From the IMG/VR virus record IMGVR_UViG_3300049846_001128, positions 20,741 to 84,740 of that record: a stretch of 64,000 bases of DNA. The stretch is one strand, 5' to 3'. This document shows positions 10,048-21,700 of the stretch, piece after piece. A model generated the notes under the pieces. That model made no database searches and was not told the DNA's origin. It worked only from the letters and a program-made list of their open reading frames with translations. A program made the position numbers and the translations under genes. The stretch is from a virus. The stretch's first letter is position 1, and every line of letters starts with the position of its first letter.

Positions 10048-12135
10048 ATGGCTGTTTTATTAGATCAAATTACGGTAGGCGATTTAAAGATCGCAGTACT
10101 AGACTCGGCACCAGATTCTGGATTGGGGTTTGTAGCTCCTGTTGGATCATTGGCAATGGTTTCAGGGTCTTCTGGTATTTACCAAAAGGCAAACTCTGGG
10201 GACACAGACTGGGAAACTGCTACAGCTACCACTGAGCAGATTCAAGATGCTGTTGCTGCTTTATTGCAGAATAGTTCTACAATTGAATTTTCTTATAATG
10301 ATGTATCAAATGAATTAACTCCTTCCATTGTAGCCGAAAGTATTGATAACTCTCTAATCTCCCCAACTGCAGCTATTGACGCTTCAAAAATTGCAGATGG
10401 TTCGGTTTCTAATGCAGAGTTTCAATCTCTTAACGGAGTTACTTCAGGGATTCAAGGTCAATTAGACGGATTAGATAGCAGATTAGACACTATTGAAGCC
10501 GACTATGCAACTCAAACTTACGTAGACGCTACTTTCATCCCACTTTCGCAAAAAGGCGCTGCTAACGGTGTAGCAACTCTTGATGGCGGAGGGAAGGTTC
10601 CAGTTTCTCAATTGCCTAACGCAGTAATGACTTATGAAGGTATGTGGGATGCTTCACTAAACTCCCCAGCTTTGGTTGATGGCTCTGGTGATGCAGGTAT
10701 GGTTTATAGAGTATCTGTAGCCGGAACTCAAGATTTAGGCTCAGGCTCTATTAGTTTTTCAGTTGGTGATTATGTAATTTACAGTGGTTCAGTTTGGGAA
10801 AAATCAGACGGAACTGATGCCGTGAATTCTGTGTTCGGAAGAGTAGGAATTGTAACAGCTCAGTCTGGAGATTATACTGCTTCTCAAGTTACAAATGTCC
10901 CTGCTGGAAACATTGCCGCTACTACGGTTCAAGCTGCTATTAACGAATTAGATTCTGAAAAATTTGCTTCTGCTGACTTTGATTCTACTTTTGATGCAAG
11001 ACTTGCCACTAAAACTACGTCTGACTTAGCTGAAGGCTCTAACCTGTATTTTACAGATGAAAGAGCACAAGATGCAATCGGCGCAGCCTTACTAGATACA
11101 GCATCTATTGACTTAAGCTATGATGATTCTCTTAATCAAATTAGCGCGGTTGTATTGCCAGCCGGTGTTGATCATGATCAGTTGCAAAATTTTGTAGCAA
11201 ACGAGCATATTGATCACTCTACTGTTGAAATTCAAGCTGGCACAGGTTTAACTGGAGGCGGAGATATTACTGCCACTAGAACTATCTCTATGCCTAACGT
11301 TGGAACAGCGGGTACTTACGGTTCAGCAAGTTCAGTTCCAGTTATCACTACCGACACTCAAGGTCGCGTTTCTGCTGTAACTCCTACTGCTATTTCTATA
11401 AGTTCTTCTGCTATTACGGATTTTGCTGAAGCAGCTCAAGACGCAGTTGGTGGAGCATTGACTAATACAGCTACTGTTAACTTGTCATACAATGATGCTG
11501 GTGATGCTATTTCAGCAGACGTTATTCAAGCTGGTATTGATCATGGGTCTATTTCTGGATTAGCTGATGATGATCATACTCAATACGCACTCCTTGAAGG
11601 TAGAGCTGGCGGACAAATTCTTAAAGGTGGAACAGCTTCCGCTGAAAACCTTACTCTAAACTCAACAGCAAACGCTACTAAGGGTAAAATCCTTCTTGGT
11701 GCTAACTCTGCTTTAGACGAAGCTAATACTAGACTTGGTGTCGGTACAGCTTCTCCTGAGTCAGTGCTTGATCTTGTCGAGTCTAGTGTTCGTTTCAACA
11801 TCAAAAACTCTTCAGCTTCTACAGTTGGAGCGGTAACTGCAGCTTTGGCTACAATTACTCCGGCTTCTAATTCTGTTGAAATGTTAAAAGCTTTGGTGAC
11901 TGGTTTTAACGCCGCTAACAACCAATCTGTTGCTTATGAAAGAACAGTTAGAGTTAGAAACAATGGCGGAACAGTGACTTTAGGAACAGTTCAATCCGAC
12001 TACACAGATGAGGGCGCAGGTTTAAATACTGCAAACTGTACATTTGTTGTAAGTGGTTCTGATGTTCAGGTTCAAGTAACTGGAGTAAGTGCCGTTACAT
12101 TAAGTTGGAAGTGTGTTCTTCAAAGAATGAGATAA
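10048..12135 (+). CDS. Tail fibre protein
   Basis: 'TTSDLAEGSNLYFTDERAQDA', 'AGTGLTGGG', 'ITTDTQGRVS' fibre motifs. Confidence 0.75.
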   Translation: MAVLLDQITVGDLKIAVLDSAPDSGLGFVAPVGSLAMVSGSSGIYQKANSGDTDWETATATTEQIQDAVAALLQNSSTIEFSYNDVSNELTPSIVAESIDNSLISPTAAIDASKIADGSVSNAEFQSLNGVTSGIQGQLDGLDSRLDTIEADYATQTYVDATFIPLSQKGAANGVATLDGGGKVPVSQLPNAVMTYEGMWDASLNSPALVDGSGDAGMVYRVSVAGTQDLGSGSISFSVGDYVIYSGSVWEKSDGTDAVNSVFGRVGIVTAQSGDYTASQVTNVPAGNIAATTVQAAINELDSEKFASADFDSTFDARLATKTTSDLAEGSNLYFTDERAQDAIGAALLDTASIDLSYDDSLNQISAVVLPAGVDHDQLQNFVANEHIDHSTVEIQAGTGLTGGGDITATRTISMPNVGTAGTYGSASSVPVITTDTQGRVSAVTPTAISISSSAITDFAEAAQDAVGGALTNTATVNLSYNDAGDAISADVIQAGIDHGSISGLADDDHTQYALLEGRAGGQILKGGTASAENLTLNSTANATKGKILLGANSALDEANTRLGVGTASPESVLDLVESSVRFNIKNSSASTVGAVTAALATITPASNSVEMLKALVTGFNAANNQSVAYERTVRVRNNGGTVTLGTVQSDYTDEGAGLNTANCTFVVSGSDVQVQVTGVSAVTLSWKCVLQRMR

Positions 12136-12153
12136 TAACAAAAGGTTACTAAA

Positions 12154-15100
12154 ATGGCTAGAAAAGGTAGTATTACTCTAGAAGAAATCCAATTAATAGA
12201 AGTGGACTCTGACCCGTCGCAAGGCGGGTTGGAGGCTCCATCTGGCTCCTTGGCTATCCACACTGACTCTGGTATTATATATTCAAAAGCAGGGTCTGAA
12301 TGGATTAACTTAGGAGACAGTAAGAATATTAAGAGAGTTGCGCCAATTGGTGCTCCTTATTCGTCTATTACTGAGGCAATATCTTCTTGCGATACTCCTT
12401 CTTCTAGCAATCGTTATATCATTCTATTACAAGCCGGAACTTATGTTGAGAATCAAATCAATCTTCCGACATACATTTCTATTGTAGGTGTTGATGAAAA
12501 AGCTGTAGTTATACAACCTGCTGGAAATCATCACGTTATTAACTTAGAACATCCTTATAATTATCTTTCTTTCTTCTCCATACATGATGCTCCAGTTGGG
12601 TATTCTGCAATCAATTGCGTAAATGCTGATAATTATTCTATTGTTCATAAAGTACATATTCAAAATTGTAGCAACGGTATTTCAGTAACAGCGTCTACAA
12701 CAGATACCTACTTATATACAGAGTATTGTGATATTGAGGAATGTACTACATCAATTGTTGTAAACGGAAATGGCGCACTTGCCTATAGTCAAAATGAAAA
12801 TCTTTACATAGGTAACTACTCTAGTTCTCCTGCTGATGTAGCAATTACAGTTAGTGGAATGTCTGAGTATATTATGCAGTCTGGTAGTATTGAAAATATT
12901 GCCGCTCCAAATACCGGAGATGGGTTGCGCCTATTTGATGGTGGTAGTGTCAGGATTTCCAATACTAACATTGTAGGTTGGGATAATGCAATTATCGTTG
13001 AAAATACTGGATCAGCACCTAATCTAGAATTAAGAAATCCTATTTTTACAAACAATATAACTGATTTTAGTGTTCAACATCTAACTGCAACAGGGTATTT
13101 CTTAGGTTATTCTGAGTATTTAAAGCGATCTATAAATTCTACAAACTTTTTTATTGCTAACAAAGACGATGCAGTTGTAACTGTTGCTAAGAAAGGTGGA
13201 GATTTCTCTAGTATTAAAGCTGCAATTGATTCTATTACAGACAGCTCTAGTGCGAAGCCATACACGATAACTGTCGGTCCGGGGATATTCTCTGAGGATG
13301 AGATTATCTCAAAGCCATATATTGATATAAAAGGAACCGGACATAATGTTACAGTTGTAACCCCTAATGGAAATCACAGTGTTTTTAATCTTGATAAATA
13401 TAACAAAATATCAGATTTAACAATTAAAGATGTCTCCGCTGGATTTTATGCAGTGGTTTATGCTGATAAGGGAGAAACCGGAGCGCATCACTCACATTCC
13501 AGAATATCTAATATACACTTAGACGATTGTGACGGTGGTGTTTTTGTAACAGCAACCGATCCAGCTAAAGACACGCACTTATTTATTGACTTTATTAATA
13601 TAGAAGGTACTTTTTCCAGAGGTATTTACGTTCTTAATAACGGAGGAGATTGTGCTTGTGCTGATATTGTTCACTTAACAAGTACGTCATCAGTTACAAC
13701 CAGTATTGACTTAGAAGTTTCTGGAGTAGGCTCCGAGGTAATGCTACACGCCGCTATGTTAATCGGGAACGGAAGTAACACTGGTATTAAACTTCAGAAC
13801 GGAGTAGACGCTGATATTTCTGCTTCAGTTATATCAGGCTACGATAAAGGGTTAATAATTCCAAACAATGGAGCTATTTCTAACCTTGTATCATCAGGCT
13901 TATCTTTTAAAGAGTGTACTTCAGACCTTGAAATATTACGACCGGGAGTAACAGGTAGTTTAAGCATTACCGCTGACCGATCTAAGCTGACTGTTGTTGA
14001 CGGGGCGGAAGTTTCATTCCAAATCTTAGGAGTAACCTCTCCTGCTTTTACTACCGCTGGACCTATTTATTACGCTCAAACAGACTATTCTAAAACTTCA
14101 GACATTTCTCAGCTTTTAATGAACACTCCTGCGATGGGTGTTATTGATGGAGGACAGCTTTCCGCTGGAGCCGGACTTAGCTTGAATATTGCTTCAGGTT
14201 ACGGCTACCAAATGAACGGAACTCCTCCTCTTGATATTGCAACCAGAAGAGATTGGAATTCTACAAGCCTAACTCTTCCTGCCTCTAGCACTGTTTTTGT
14301 ATATTTCAACGAGAACTACGTTTTAACAAGTAACGTTGCCGAGCCTGACACTGAAGAGTGTATTTTATTAGGAAGAGTTACAACAGACGCTTCCTCTATT
14401 ATATATATCGAACAAACTGAGTTACGCTCTCACCATATGGGTAATACTCTAAGTAAAGCACTTAGAGATGCTATTGGTCCAGTTTATACTACAGGCTCTT
14501 TAGTAACAGAGGCTGGTACAAGGCAATTAAACGTAAGCTCAGGTAAGTATTATTTTGGAGAGCATATATTCTCTCCAACTGGTGCTACTCCTGTTAGTTT
14601 TGATACCTATTATCAATCTGCAACACCGGGACAGTGGGTTAGAACTGCTAACCAATCAACGGTGTCTAACACTCTTTATGACGACGATTCTGGAACTTTA
14701 GCGTCTATACCAACTGGGAAGTTTGTAAAGCATTTAGTTCTAGTTATGGGCGGTCCTTCTGAAAAATATATACTAGTTTATGGACAAGAGCTTTTTGACT
14801 CTGCTTCGTTGGCAGAGACTGGAGCTTTGCCTGTTATCCCAGAATTCATGGGAACTTACTCAAGCTTTGCTAAAGTTTGTTCTATTGTGACAGGACCGGA
14901 TTCTTCAACATTTAGCATGATTTTAGACGAAAGACCTAGAGTAGGGTTTTCAGCATCTTCCGTATCTGGAGGAGGTGGAGGAGTAACAGATCATGGCGAT
15001 TTAACAGGTCTAGCAGATGATGATCATACTCAATACATTTTAGCTAGTGGAGCTAGAGCTTTTACTGGGAACATTGATGTTGGTGGAAATCAAATAACAA

Positions 15101-16227
15101 ACGTTGGACTTGTTGACGGAGTTGATGTTTCAGCTCACGCTTCTAGACATTTGCCAAATGGTGCTGATCCTTTGACAACTGGAACTCCTTCTTCAATTGG
15201 AACTACTAATTCGGAAGGAATTGCTAACGCTTTTGCTCGTCAAGACCATATTCACAATCACGGAGTTCAAACTGACCCAGCTCATCACGCTGTTGCAACT
15301 GGTTCCGATAACGGCTTCATGTCATCTCTGGATAAAACAAAACTGGATGGAATAGAGGCAGGCGCTACAGCTTACACTGATGAAAAGGCTCAAGACGCAG
15401 TAGGTGCAGCTTTAAGCAACACAGCTACTATTAACTTAAGTTACAATGATGTACTTAACCAATTTTCTGCAGCGGTTAACGATGGCTCAATAACAGACTC
15501 TAAGCTTGCTTCTGGAATAGATGCTGCTAAGATTGACGGAGGAACTGTAACAAACACAGAGTTCGGATACCTTTCCAATGTCACAAGTGATATACAAGCT
15601 CAATTGGATGGAAAACAGCCAACTGGCGACTATATTACGGCATTAACTGGGGATGTAACTGCAGCAGGTCCGGGTTCAGCCGCCGCTACTTTAGCAAACT
15701 CTGGAGTTGTAGCCGGAACATACTCCTTAGTTACAGTTGATTCCAAAGGTAGGGTAACTTTTGGTAGCAATACTGGCTCAATTACAAGGTACTCGTATTT
15801 TACAACTTCTCCAAATGTCAACTCTAACGCTACTTACACTACTGTAGCGGAGTTAACAACAGCCTCTTTGCCGACGGGATTGTATCGAGTTTCATTCAGA
15901 GGCAGAGCGCAATCTGCTAGTACTACTAACGGTACTGGTGTTAGAATCTCAAACGGAACTGCGGTAGTATCTACTGTTGCGGTAAGTTGGGCAATCGCTC
16001 AAGGTGCTAACGGCGTTTCTCAGAAATATCAGTACGATCAGACTGCTGCTAATACTAACGTAACTTCGACATCAGCTAACGCTGCTAATACAGATTTCGC
16101 TATAACAGGGGATGGAGTAATTAGAATTACGTCAGCAGGTACATTGGTGATACAACTCCGTTCAGAATTAAACGGTACAGCATCAACGCTATTGGCTGAT
16201 TCATCTTTAGTTTTAGAATTATTATAA
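12154..16227 (+). CDS. Tailspike/receptor-binding protein with tandem pectin-lyase-like beta-helix domains
   Basis: Two pectinesterase-like starts ('YSSITEAI...AGTYVE', 'GGDFSSIKAAI...GPGIFSE'), then fibre repeats. Confidence 0.7.
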   Translation: MARKGSITLEEIQLIEVDSDPSQGGLEAPSGSLAIHTDSGIIYSKAGSEWINLGDSKNIKRVAPIGAPYSSITEAISSCDTPSSSNRYIILLQAGTYVENQINLPTYISIVGVDEKAVVIQPAGNHHVINLEHPYNYLSFFSIHDAPVGYSAINCVNADNYSIVHKVHIQNCSNGISVTASTTDTYLYTEYCDIEECTTSIVVNGNGALAYSQNENLYIGNYSSSPADVAITVSGMSEYIMQSGSIENIAAPNTGDGLRLFDGGSVRISNTNIVGWDNAIIVENTGSAPNLELRNPIFTNNITDFSVQHLTATGYFLGYSEYLKRSINSTNFFIANKDDAVVTVAKKGGDFSSIKAAIDSITDSSSAKPYTITVGPGIFSEDEIISKPYIDIKGTGHNVTVVTPNGNHSVFNLDKYNKISDLTIKDVSAGFYAVVYADKGETGAHHSHSRISNIHLDDCDGGVFVTATDPAKDTHLFIDFINIEGTFSRGIYVLNNGGDCACADIVHLTSTSSVTTSIDLEVSGVGSEVMLHAAMLIGNGSNTGIKLQNGVDADISASVISGYDKGLIIPNNGAISNLVSSGLSFKECTSDLEILRPGVTGSLSITADRSKLTVVDGAEVSFQILGVTSPAFTTAGPIYYAQTDYSKTSDISQLLMNTPAMGVIDGGQLSAGAGLSLNIASGYGYQMNGTPPLDIATRRDWNSTSLTLPASSTVFVYFNENYVLTSNVAEPDTEECILLGRVTTDASSIIYIEQTELRSHHMGNTLSKALRDAIGPVYTTGSLVTEAGTRQLNVSSGKYYFGEHIFSPTGATPVSFDTYYQSATPGQWVRTANQSTVSNTLYDDDSGTLASIPTGKFVKHLVLVMGGPSEKYILVYGQELFDSASLAETGALPVIPEFMGTYSSFAKVCSIVTGPDSSTFSMILDERPRVGFSASSVSGGGGGVTDHGDLTGLADDDHTQYILASGARAFTGNIDVGGNQITNVGLVDGVDVSAHASRHLPNGADPLTTGTPSSIGTTNSEGIANAFARQDHIHNHGVQTDPAHHAVATGSDNGFMSSLDKTKLDGIEAGATAYTDEKAQDAVGAALSNTATINLSYNDVLNQFSAAVNDGSITDSKLASGIDAAKIDGGTVTNTEFGYLSNVTSDIQAQLDGKQPTGDYITALTGDVTAAGPGSAAATLANSGVVAGTYSLVTVDSKGRVTFGSNTGSITRYSYFTTSPNVNSNATYTTVAELTTASLPTGLYRVSFRGRAQSASTTNGTGVRISNGTAVVSTVAVSWAIAQGANGVSQKYQYDQTAANTNVTSTSANAANTDFAITGDGVIRITSAGTLVIQLRSELNGTASTLLADSSLVLELL

Positions 16228-16236
16228 GAGGTATTT

Positions 16237-16653
16237 ATGTTTATTAATGGAACAGAAGTAACTACGATAGAAGAATTAGAAGTTTTAATAGCTTCAATGT
16301 CTGAAGACACTAAAACTTATCTCAGGAATATATTCAACGGAGTTCCGAACAGCTCCATTCTTAGTCAGAAAGAGGTTGATTTTCAGAAGTACCTTAAAAG
16401 AGCTTCAGTTAAGGATCAGATTATTGCAGAAATGGCTGCAGAGAATATGGAAAGAGTTAGAGCTGGAGTGTGGTCAGTGGTAGATTTAGTGGGATTAACT
16501 CAGGATGCAGAGTTGAAGCTGGTGTTGGATGATATTAACACTCTTAGCTTTGAATTAGCTCAATCAAAATTAAGCTCAGCTACAAACCCACTTTTAACAC
16601 AAGCTATAAAAACCGGCTGGATATTAAAACTCCAAGCCAATTTATTTAATTAA
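16237..16653 (+). CDS. Hypothetical protein (possible spike chaperone)
   Basis: ORF with GAGG RBS after the spike gene. Confidence 0.5.
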   Translation: MFINGTEVTTIEELEVLIASMSEDTKTYLRNIFNGVPNSSILSQKEVDFQKYLKRASVKDQIIAEMAAENMERVRAGVWSVVDLVGLTQDAELKLVLDDINTLSFELAQSKLSSATNPLLTQAIKTGWILKLQANLFN

Positions 16654-16654
16654 T

Positions 16655-17140
16655 ATGAAGACAATTACAATAGGATTTAGTAAGCCTAAGAATAGATTAT
16701 TGCCTATCGGTAGTTGGTTAATACGACTGTATCAAAAAACAGAATACTCTCATGTTTATTTAGAGTTTTATTCTGAGTCTACTAACCGAGGTCTAATTTA
16801 TGAGGCTGTTGGTTCGGGTATTAGATTTATAGGAACTAAGCAATGGGAATTACATGCTCAAGAAGTTAAATCTTTTACCATAAGTATAACTAACTGTAAT
16901 TACGTAGAATTAATGCAATTTTGTATTGATAACTCTGGGAATGAGTATGGTTTTTTACAAAATATTGGCATATTTATTGCCGACTTGTTTAACCTGAGTA
17001 AAAACCCTGTATCAAAAGGGATGAACTGTTCTGAAGTATTAGGTAAGATATTGAAATTAGAAGGTTATTTATTTGATAAAGAAGACAACCTTTTAACGCC
17101 AAAAGATATTGAATTAGCATTGGTTAATAAACAACCTTAA
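16655..17140 (+). CDS. Permuted papain-like (YaeF/YiiX, NlpC/P60) enzyme
   Basis: 'YSHVY' His precedes 'NCSEV' Cys, terminal 'LLTP' motif. Confidence 0.75.
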   Translation: MKTITIGFSKPKNRLLPIGSWLIRLYQKTEYSHVYLEFYSESTNRGLIYEAVGSGIRFIGTKQWELHAQEVKSFTISITNCNYVELMQFCIDNSGNEYGFLQNIGIFIADLFNLSKNPVSKGMNCSEVLGKILKLEGYLFDKEDNLLTPKDIELALVNKQP

Positions 17141-17146
17141 TATATA
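17132..17146 (+). promoter_or_regulatory. Candidate late promoter motif CAACCTTAATATATA
   Basis: Variant of the repeated motif, just upstream of the AAGGAG RBS of 17163. Confidence 0.45.
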
Positions 17147-17162
17147 GCAAAGGAGCTATAAA

Positions 17163-17501
17163 ATGGAAGGAATGTGTGGGGCTAAGAAAGCCATGTTAAA
17201 AGAGCTTTCTAAAGAAATGTCGAACGACGCTAACGAACCTCTTAAAGATGTCTTAAGCAAGAAAAAAGGTCTTAAAAAGGTTACAGTTGCTTCAGACTCT
17301 CCAGAAGGTCTTAAGAAAGGTCTTTCTATGGCTGAGAAACTCATGAAGCTTAAGTCTGAGCAGAATGGGGAAGAAATGGAGGATGAAGAGTCAGAAATGG
17401 CTGAGTCTCCAAAAATGGAAGCCGAAGAAGAGATGAGTGAAATGTCTGAAGAAGAGGCTATGGCTTTGTACGAGATGCTTAAAAAACGCTTTGAAGCGTA
17501 A
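17163..17501 (+). CDS. Hypothetical protein, basic N-half and acidic Glu/Met-rich C-half
   Basis: Strong RBS, low-complexity charged sequence. Confidence 0.6.
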   Translation: MEGMCGAKKAMLKELSKEMSNDANEPLKDVLSKKKGLKKVTVASDSPEGLKKGLSMAEKLMKLKSEQNGEEMEDEESEMAESPKMEAEEEMSEMSEEEAMALYEMLKKRFEA

Positions 17502-17511
17502 GAGGTCTTAG

Positions 17512-18708
17512 ATGTCTTCAATACTTAAATCAGGTGCTTTGATAAACACCATTCGTCGTCGTGCGTTCATTCCTAAAAGTCAGGAAACCTTTGTAGATAC
17601 TGACTTCTTAGAGATGGCTACCGAGGAAATAAACCTTGGTTTAGTACCTCTTATTCAAAAAATGCACGAAGAGCATTTAATTTATTTTGAAGAAATTCCA
17701 TTAAGTATTGACGTTTTGAAATATCCTATTCCGGCTAGAGCGCATGGTAATAAGCTTCGAGATATTTTCCTAGTTGATGAGAATGGAAACCTTTTTGAAA
17801 TGGCTCGTTATTCATTAGGAGAAATTGCTGAGTTTTCTAGCACTACCTCTTATATAAACAACCGTGGCTTTTATTTAGAAAATAATAATATCTGTTTAAC
17901 AAATTTTGAAGTTAATCAGAACTTTAAGCTGCGTGTTTATTTCTACATGCGACCGAATAAATTAGTCTCTGAAAATAGGGGAGCTATAGCTGAGACTATA
18001 AATACTACATTTGAACAGGATAATATAAACCCTAAATCGGGCACAATCTATTTGATTTCTGCAGCAACTTCTGCTGTTATTACAACTAGTGGTCACGGTT
18101 TACTCAATGGAGACACAGTTTTAATATCTGGAAGTGATTCCACTCCTAGCGTTGATGGCATTTATCCAGTAACTATAATAGACGCTAATACTTTCTCAGT
18201 GCCAGTAACTACTACGGTGTTAGGTACTGTTGGGGGTTGGTCTAAACAGTTACAAGTAGTACAAATTTCTCTAGACACTGTACCTGATAACTTTGCAGAC
18301 ACTCAATACTATGATGTTGTGCAAAATATTTCTCCAAATAAGATCGTACACTATGATCTTCAAGCAAATAGCTTAGATCAAACAACACTTAGTATAAGTT
18401 TTCCAGCCTCAGAAACCAATCAGCTTGTTAGTGGATTTTTTATAACAGCTGCCGAGGAAACAATAGTTCCTAATATTCCAACAGAACTCCACCCTATACT
18501 GGCACAAAGAGTTGCTATAGCCTGTTTAGAGGCAATGGGTGATGAGCAAAACAAGCAGTCAGCAGAGAGAAAGTTAAAGCAAATGGAAGATAACGCTATG
18601 ACTTTTTTAGACAATAGAGTTGAAGGTGCTCAGGTAAAAATTAAATCAAAAAGTTCTACATTAGTAAGCACGTTAAATCAATACGCAAGACGAAATAGAA
18701 GGTGGTAA
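17512..18708 (+). CDS. Head-tail adaptor (tail tubular protein A-like) with inserted FCCH-like domain
   Basis: Position before nozzle; 'IPTELHPILAQRVA' C-terminal helix; insert 'HGLLNGDTVLISG...DANTFSV'. Confidence 0.6.
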   Translation: MSSILKSGALINTIRRRAFIPKSQETFVDTDFLEMATEEINLGLVPLIQKMHEEHLIYFEEIPLSIDVLKYPIPARAHGNKLRDIFLVDENGNLFEMARYSLGEIAEFSSTTSYINNRGFYLENNNICLTNFEVNQNFKLRVYFYMRPNKLVSENRGAIAETINTTFEQDNINPKSGTIYLISAATSAVITTSGHGLLNGDTVLISGSDSTPSVDGIYPVTIIDANTFSVPVTTTVLGTVGGWSKQLQVVQISLDTVPDNFADTQYYDVVQNISPNKIVHYDLQANSLDQTTLSISFPASETNQLVSGFFITAAEETIVPNIPTELHPILAQRVAIACLEAMGDEQNKQSAERKLKQMEDNAMTFLDNRVEGAQVKIKSKSSTLVSTLNQYARRNRRW

Positions 18709-18711
18709 TAA

Positions 18712-21700
18712 ATGCCTAGCCTAACCGCAAGCCGTGGATTAATTACAAGTCCAAACGAGTTAGCTAGACCTGACGGAGCACTTGAAATAGCTGATAATGT
18801 TGTTATTGACTACGACAACACTATAGAACAACGTCGAGGTTTTGCTGAGTTTGGAGATGCTACTCCTGACGATGAGCAGATTAAACAATTATTAGTTTAT
18901 AAAGGTAGGATATTAAGGCATTATGCCGATAAGCTTGCGTTTGACTCTACTGGTTCAGGATCATTTGTAGAGTTTAATGGAAGTTATATGGAATTAGCCA
19001 CTAAGCTTCGTATTAAATATCTAGAGTCTAACGGAAACCTATATTTCACAACAACAGAAGGGATTAAAAAAATCTCTGCTCTTTCAGCATCTGATTTCAC
19101 ATCTAACGCGGGATATATCACAAACGCTGGTGGAGTTAAGGCTGTAGGATTAGAAGGTAAAATAAAACCAGAGGCATCTGGGTGGCTTCCGGCTCAGTCA
19201 AAAGTTGGCTACAGGATTGCTTGGGGAATAAAAGATGCTAATAATAACGTAATACGTGGTGTCCCAAGCTCTAGATTAGTTATTACAAACAGCTCTAGTG
19301 ATGTAAATATTGGTGAGAGATTTACTGTTACAGTATTGAATCATGCTGGTATTTCAGACTCTGACTATTTTACTTTTGACACTCCTTCAAACAAGTTTGC
19401 TTTGTGGTTTGATAAAACAGGTTCTGCTACAGCTCCTGTTGCTGCTGAACTTCTTAATCGCTCTCTCTATAAGGTTGACATTAAAAACTTAACCCTCGAC
19501 AACGATGTAGCTGCTCAAATTGCAGCAGTTTTATCAACTATATCAGATATTAGCGTTGAGATCAGTACGAATGAAGTAACTGTCAGCAACGTAGATGGTG
19601 GGGATGTTTTAGACGCGTCAAACGGTACTTTAGACCCTGCTGACGTAATAGTATCTACAATATATAACGGACAGACTGCGGTGGGTACTCCTGCTAATGT
19701 GCAGTTGACCTTCACAGTGCCTTACGGTGTTGATTCTGACTTATATTTCTATGAGGTTTATAGAACGGCAGTCACAACAGTAACAACTGGCGTTACATTG
19801 TCCGATCTTGATCCGGGCGATGAGTGTCAAAAAGTTTACGAGTCAGGCGTTACTCAAGCTGAAATTACTGCAGGGTCTGTAGTGGTTGATGACATCACTC
19901 CAGATACTTTCAGGGAAGGCGGAGCTTACTTATATACAAATCCTGTTACAGGAGAAGGTATATTACAAGCGAATGAAGCACCTCCTATTGCTAAAGATAT
20001 TGCCTTGTTTAAAGGCTCTGTTTTCTATGCAAACACGAAAGAAAGACACAGAAACCAGATAAACCTATTGTCAGTGTCTGACTTTATTTCAGGAAGCTCC
20101 AAAATACATATAGGTAATTCAAACGGAGTAAGAACGTACACATTTAGAGGCATTGCTGAGGTTTTGGATTTTACAGTTAAGCCCAAATCTGAAACGGTTG
20201 GAAATAGCTATGCTATCATTAACTCAGCTCAAGATAGGATTAAGTATAAAATATGGTTTGATAAAGGTGAGATTTACCATACGTTTAACTCAACAACAGA
20301 TGTTGATGATGCAACAGAAACCATCACCGTTGTTAATCATGGTTTCGCTGACGGGGACTCTGTTATAGCAGGAGGTGTTTTACCTACGGGATTAACCTCT
20401 GGTAATACTTACTATGTTATAAACAGAACCGCTAACACATTTCAACTATCTTCTATGGTTGGAGGGCTAGCTATAGATTTGACTGATGTGGTGGGAAATG
20501 GTACACTGACCCACCTCCCTATCGAACCTGTGGTAGCAGACACTATATCTCTTAGAGTAGCTCTGGAAACATACCCTGATACGCTTCAAGGCTCTGCAGA
20601 CGCTTTTGTTGATGCTTTTTTTGACATATCTGATTTCAGTCCAGAAGATCAAGGCTCTGGGTTGGTAAGAGTTTTCAACACAGACAACGGAGCATCTACT
20701 GACCCATCAGAATCCACCCCTGCTTCTAGCTGGACTATTAGTGTAAACACTCAAGGAGCTGGAGAAGACGCTGGCTTAGGCTATGTGTTATTGTCAGGAT
20801 TATCCTCTGTTGGTCAATCTGTTGAGGACACAGCTCGCTCTCTTGAGAGAGTCATAAACAAAGACCCTAATAGTTCGGTAAATGCATTTTACTTATCAGG
20901 TCCAACAGACCTTCCCGGTATTCTTCTCTTAGAGGCAAGAAGCTTGTCAGACACTGCGTTTTATGTGGCAGTTAACGACTCTACTATTTCAGATAAATGG
21001 AACCCTTCATTACCACTCTCTGCTACTATAACTGATATTCAAATAGTAGGAAACTTGTTCACTACCAGCTCCGCTCATAACTTCTCTACCGGAGATAAAG
21101 TTTACATTAACGACAATCCAAACGGTACTTCAGTGGAGTTTTCAGGAGTGTATACAGTAGCTACTACTCCAAGTGCTACAGAATTTACACTCGCTTCAAT
21201 TACTGTAACAATAAACCAATCTGCTATTAGTGGACTAGTGTTTGAAACAACAGTAGCTTCTGATAACTCTGCAAATCAGAACAGGGTTTATTTCTCTAAA
21301 CCTTACCAGCCTGAAGCTGTGCCTTTGGTTAATTACATAGACATTGGACCTAAAGATAAAGCCATTCAGAGAATATTGGCTCTGAGAGACTCTTTAATTG
21401 TTCTAAAAGAAGAAGGTGTTTACTTAATATCAGGTCCATCTGCTCCGGATTTTTCAGTAAGGCTTGTAGATAGCTCGGCTTTAACACTGGCTCCAGACAC
21501 GGCTGTTAACCTTAACAATCTTATATATGTCTTAACAACTCAAGGAGTAGTCACAGTCTCTGAAACTGGAGTTGGAGTATTATCTAGAAATATCGAGAAC
21601 AAAATTCAAGAAATTGCAAACTCTAAATATGACTACAAGCTTACCAGCTGGGGAGTGGCATCAGAGTCGGATCGTTGCTACATCATCTGGCTACCTTCTA

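Noticed and set aside
17090-17140. LLTPKDIELALVNKQP as a tag-family ending
   Set aside because: Spacing and position do not fit; TP is a normal motif of permuted papain-like enzymes
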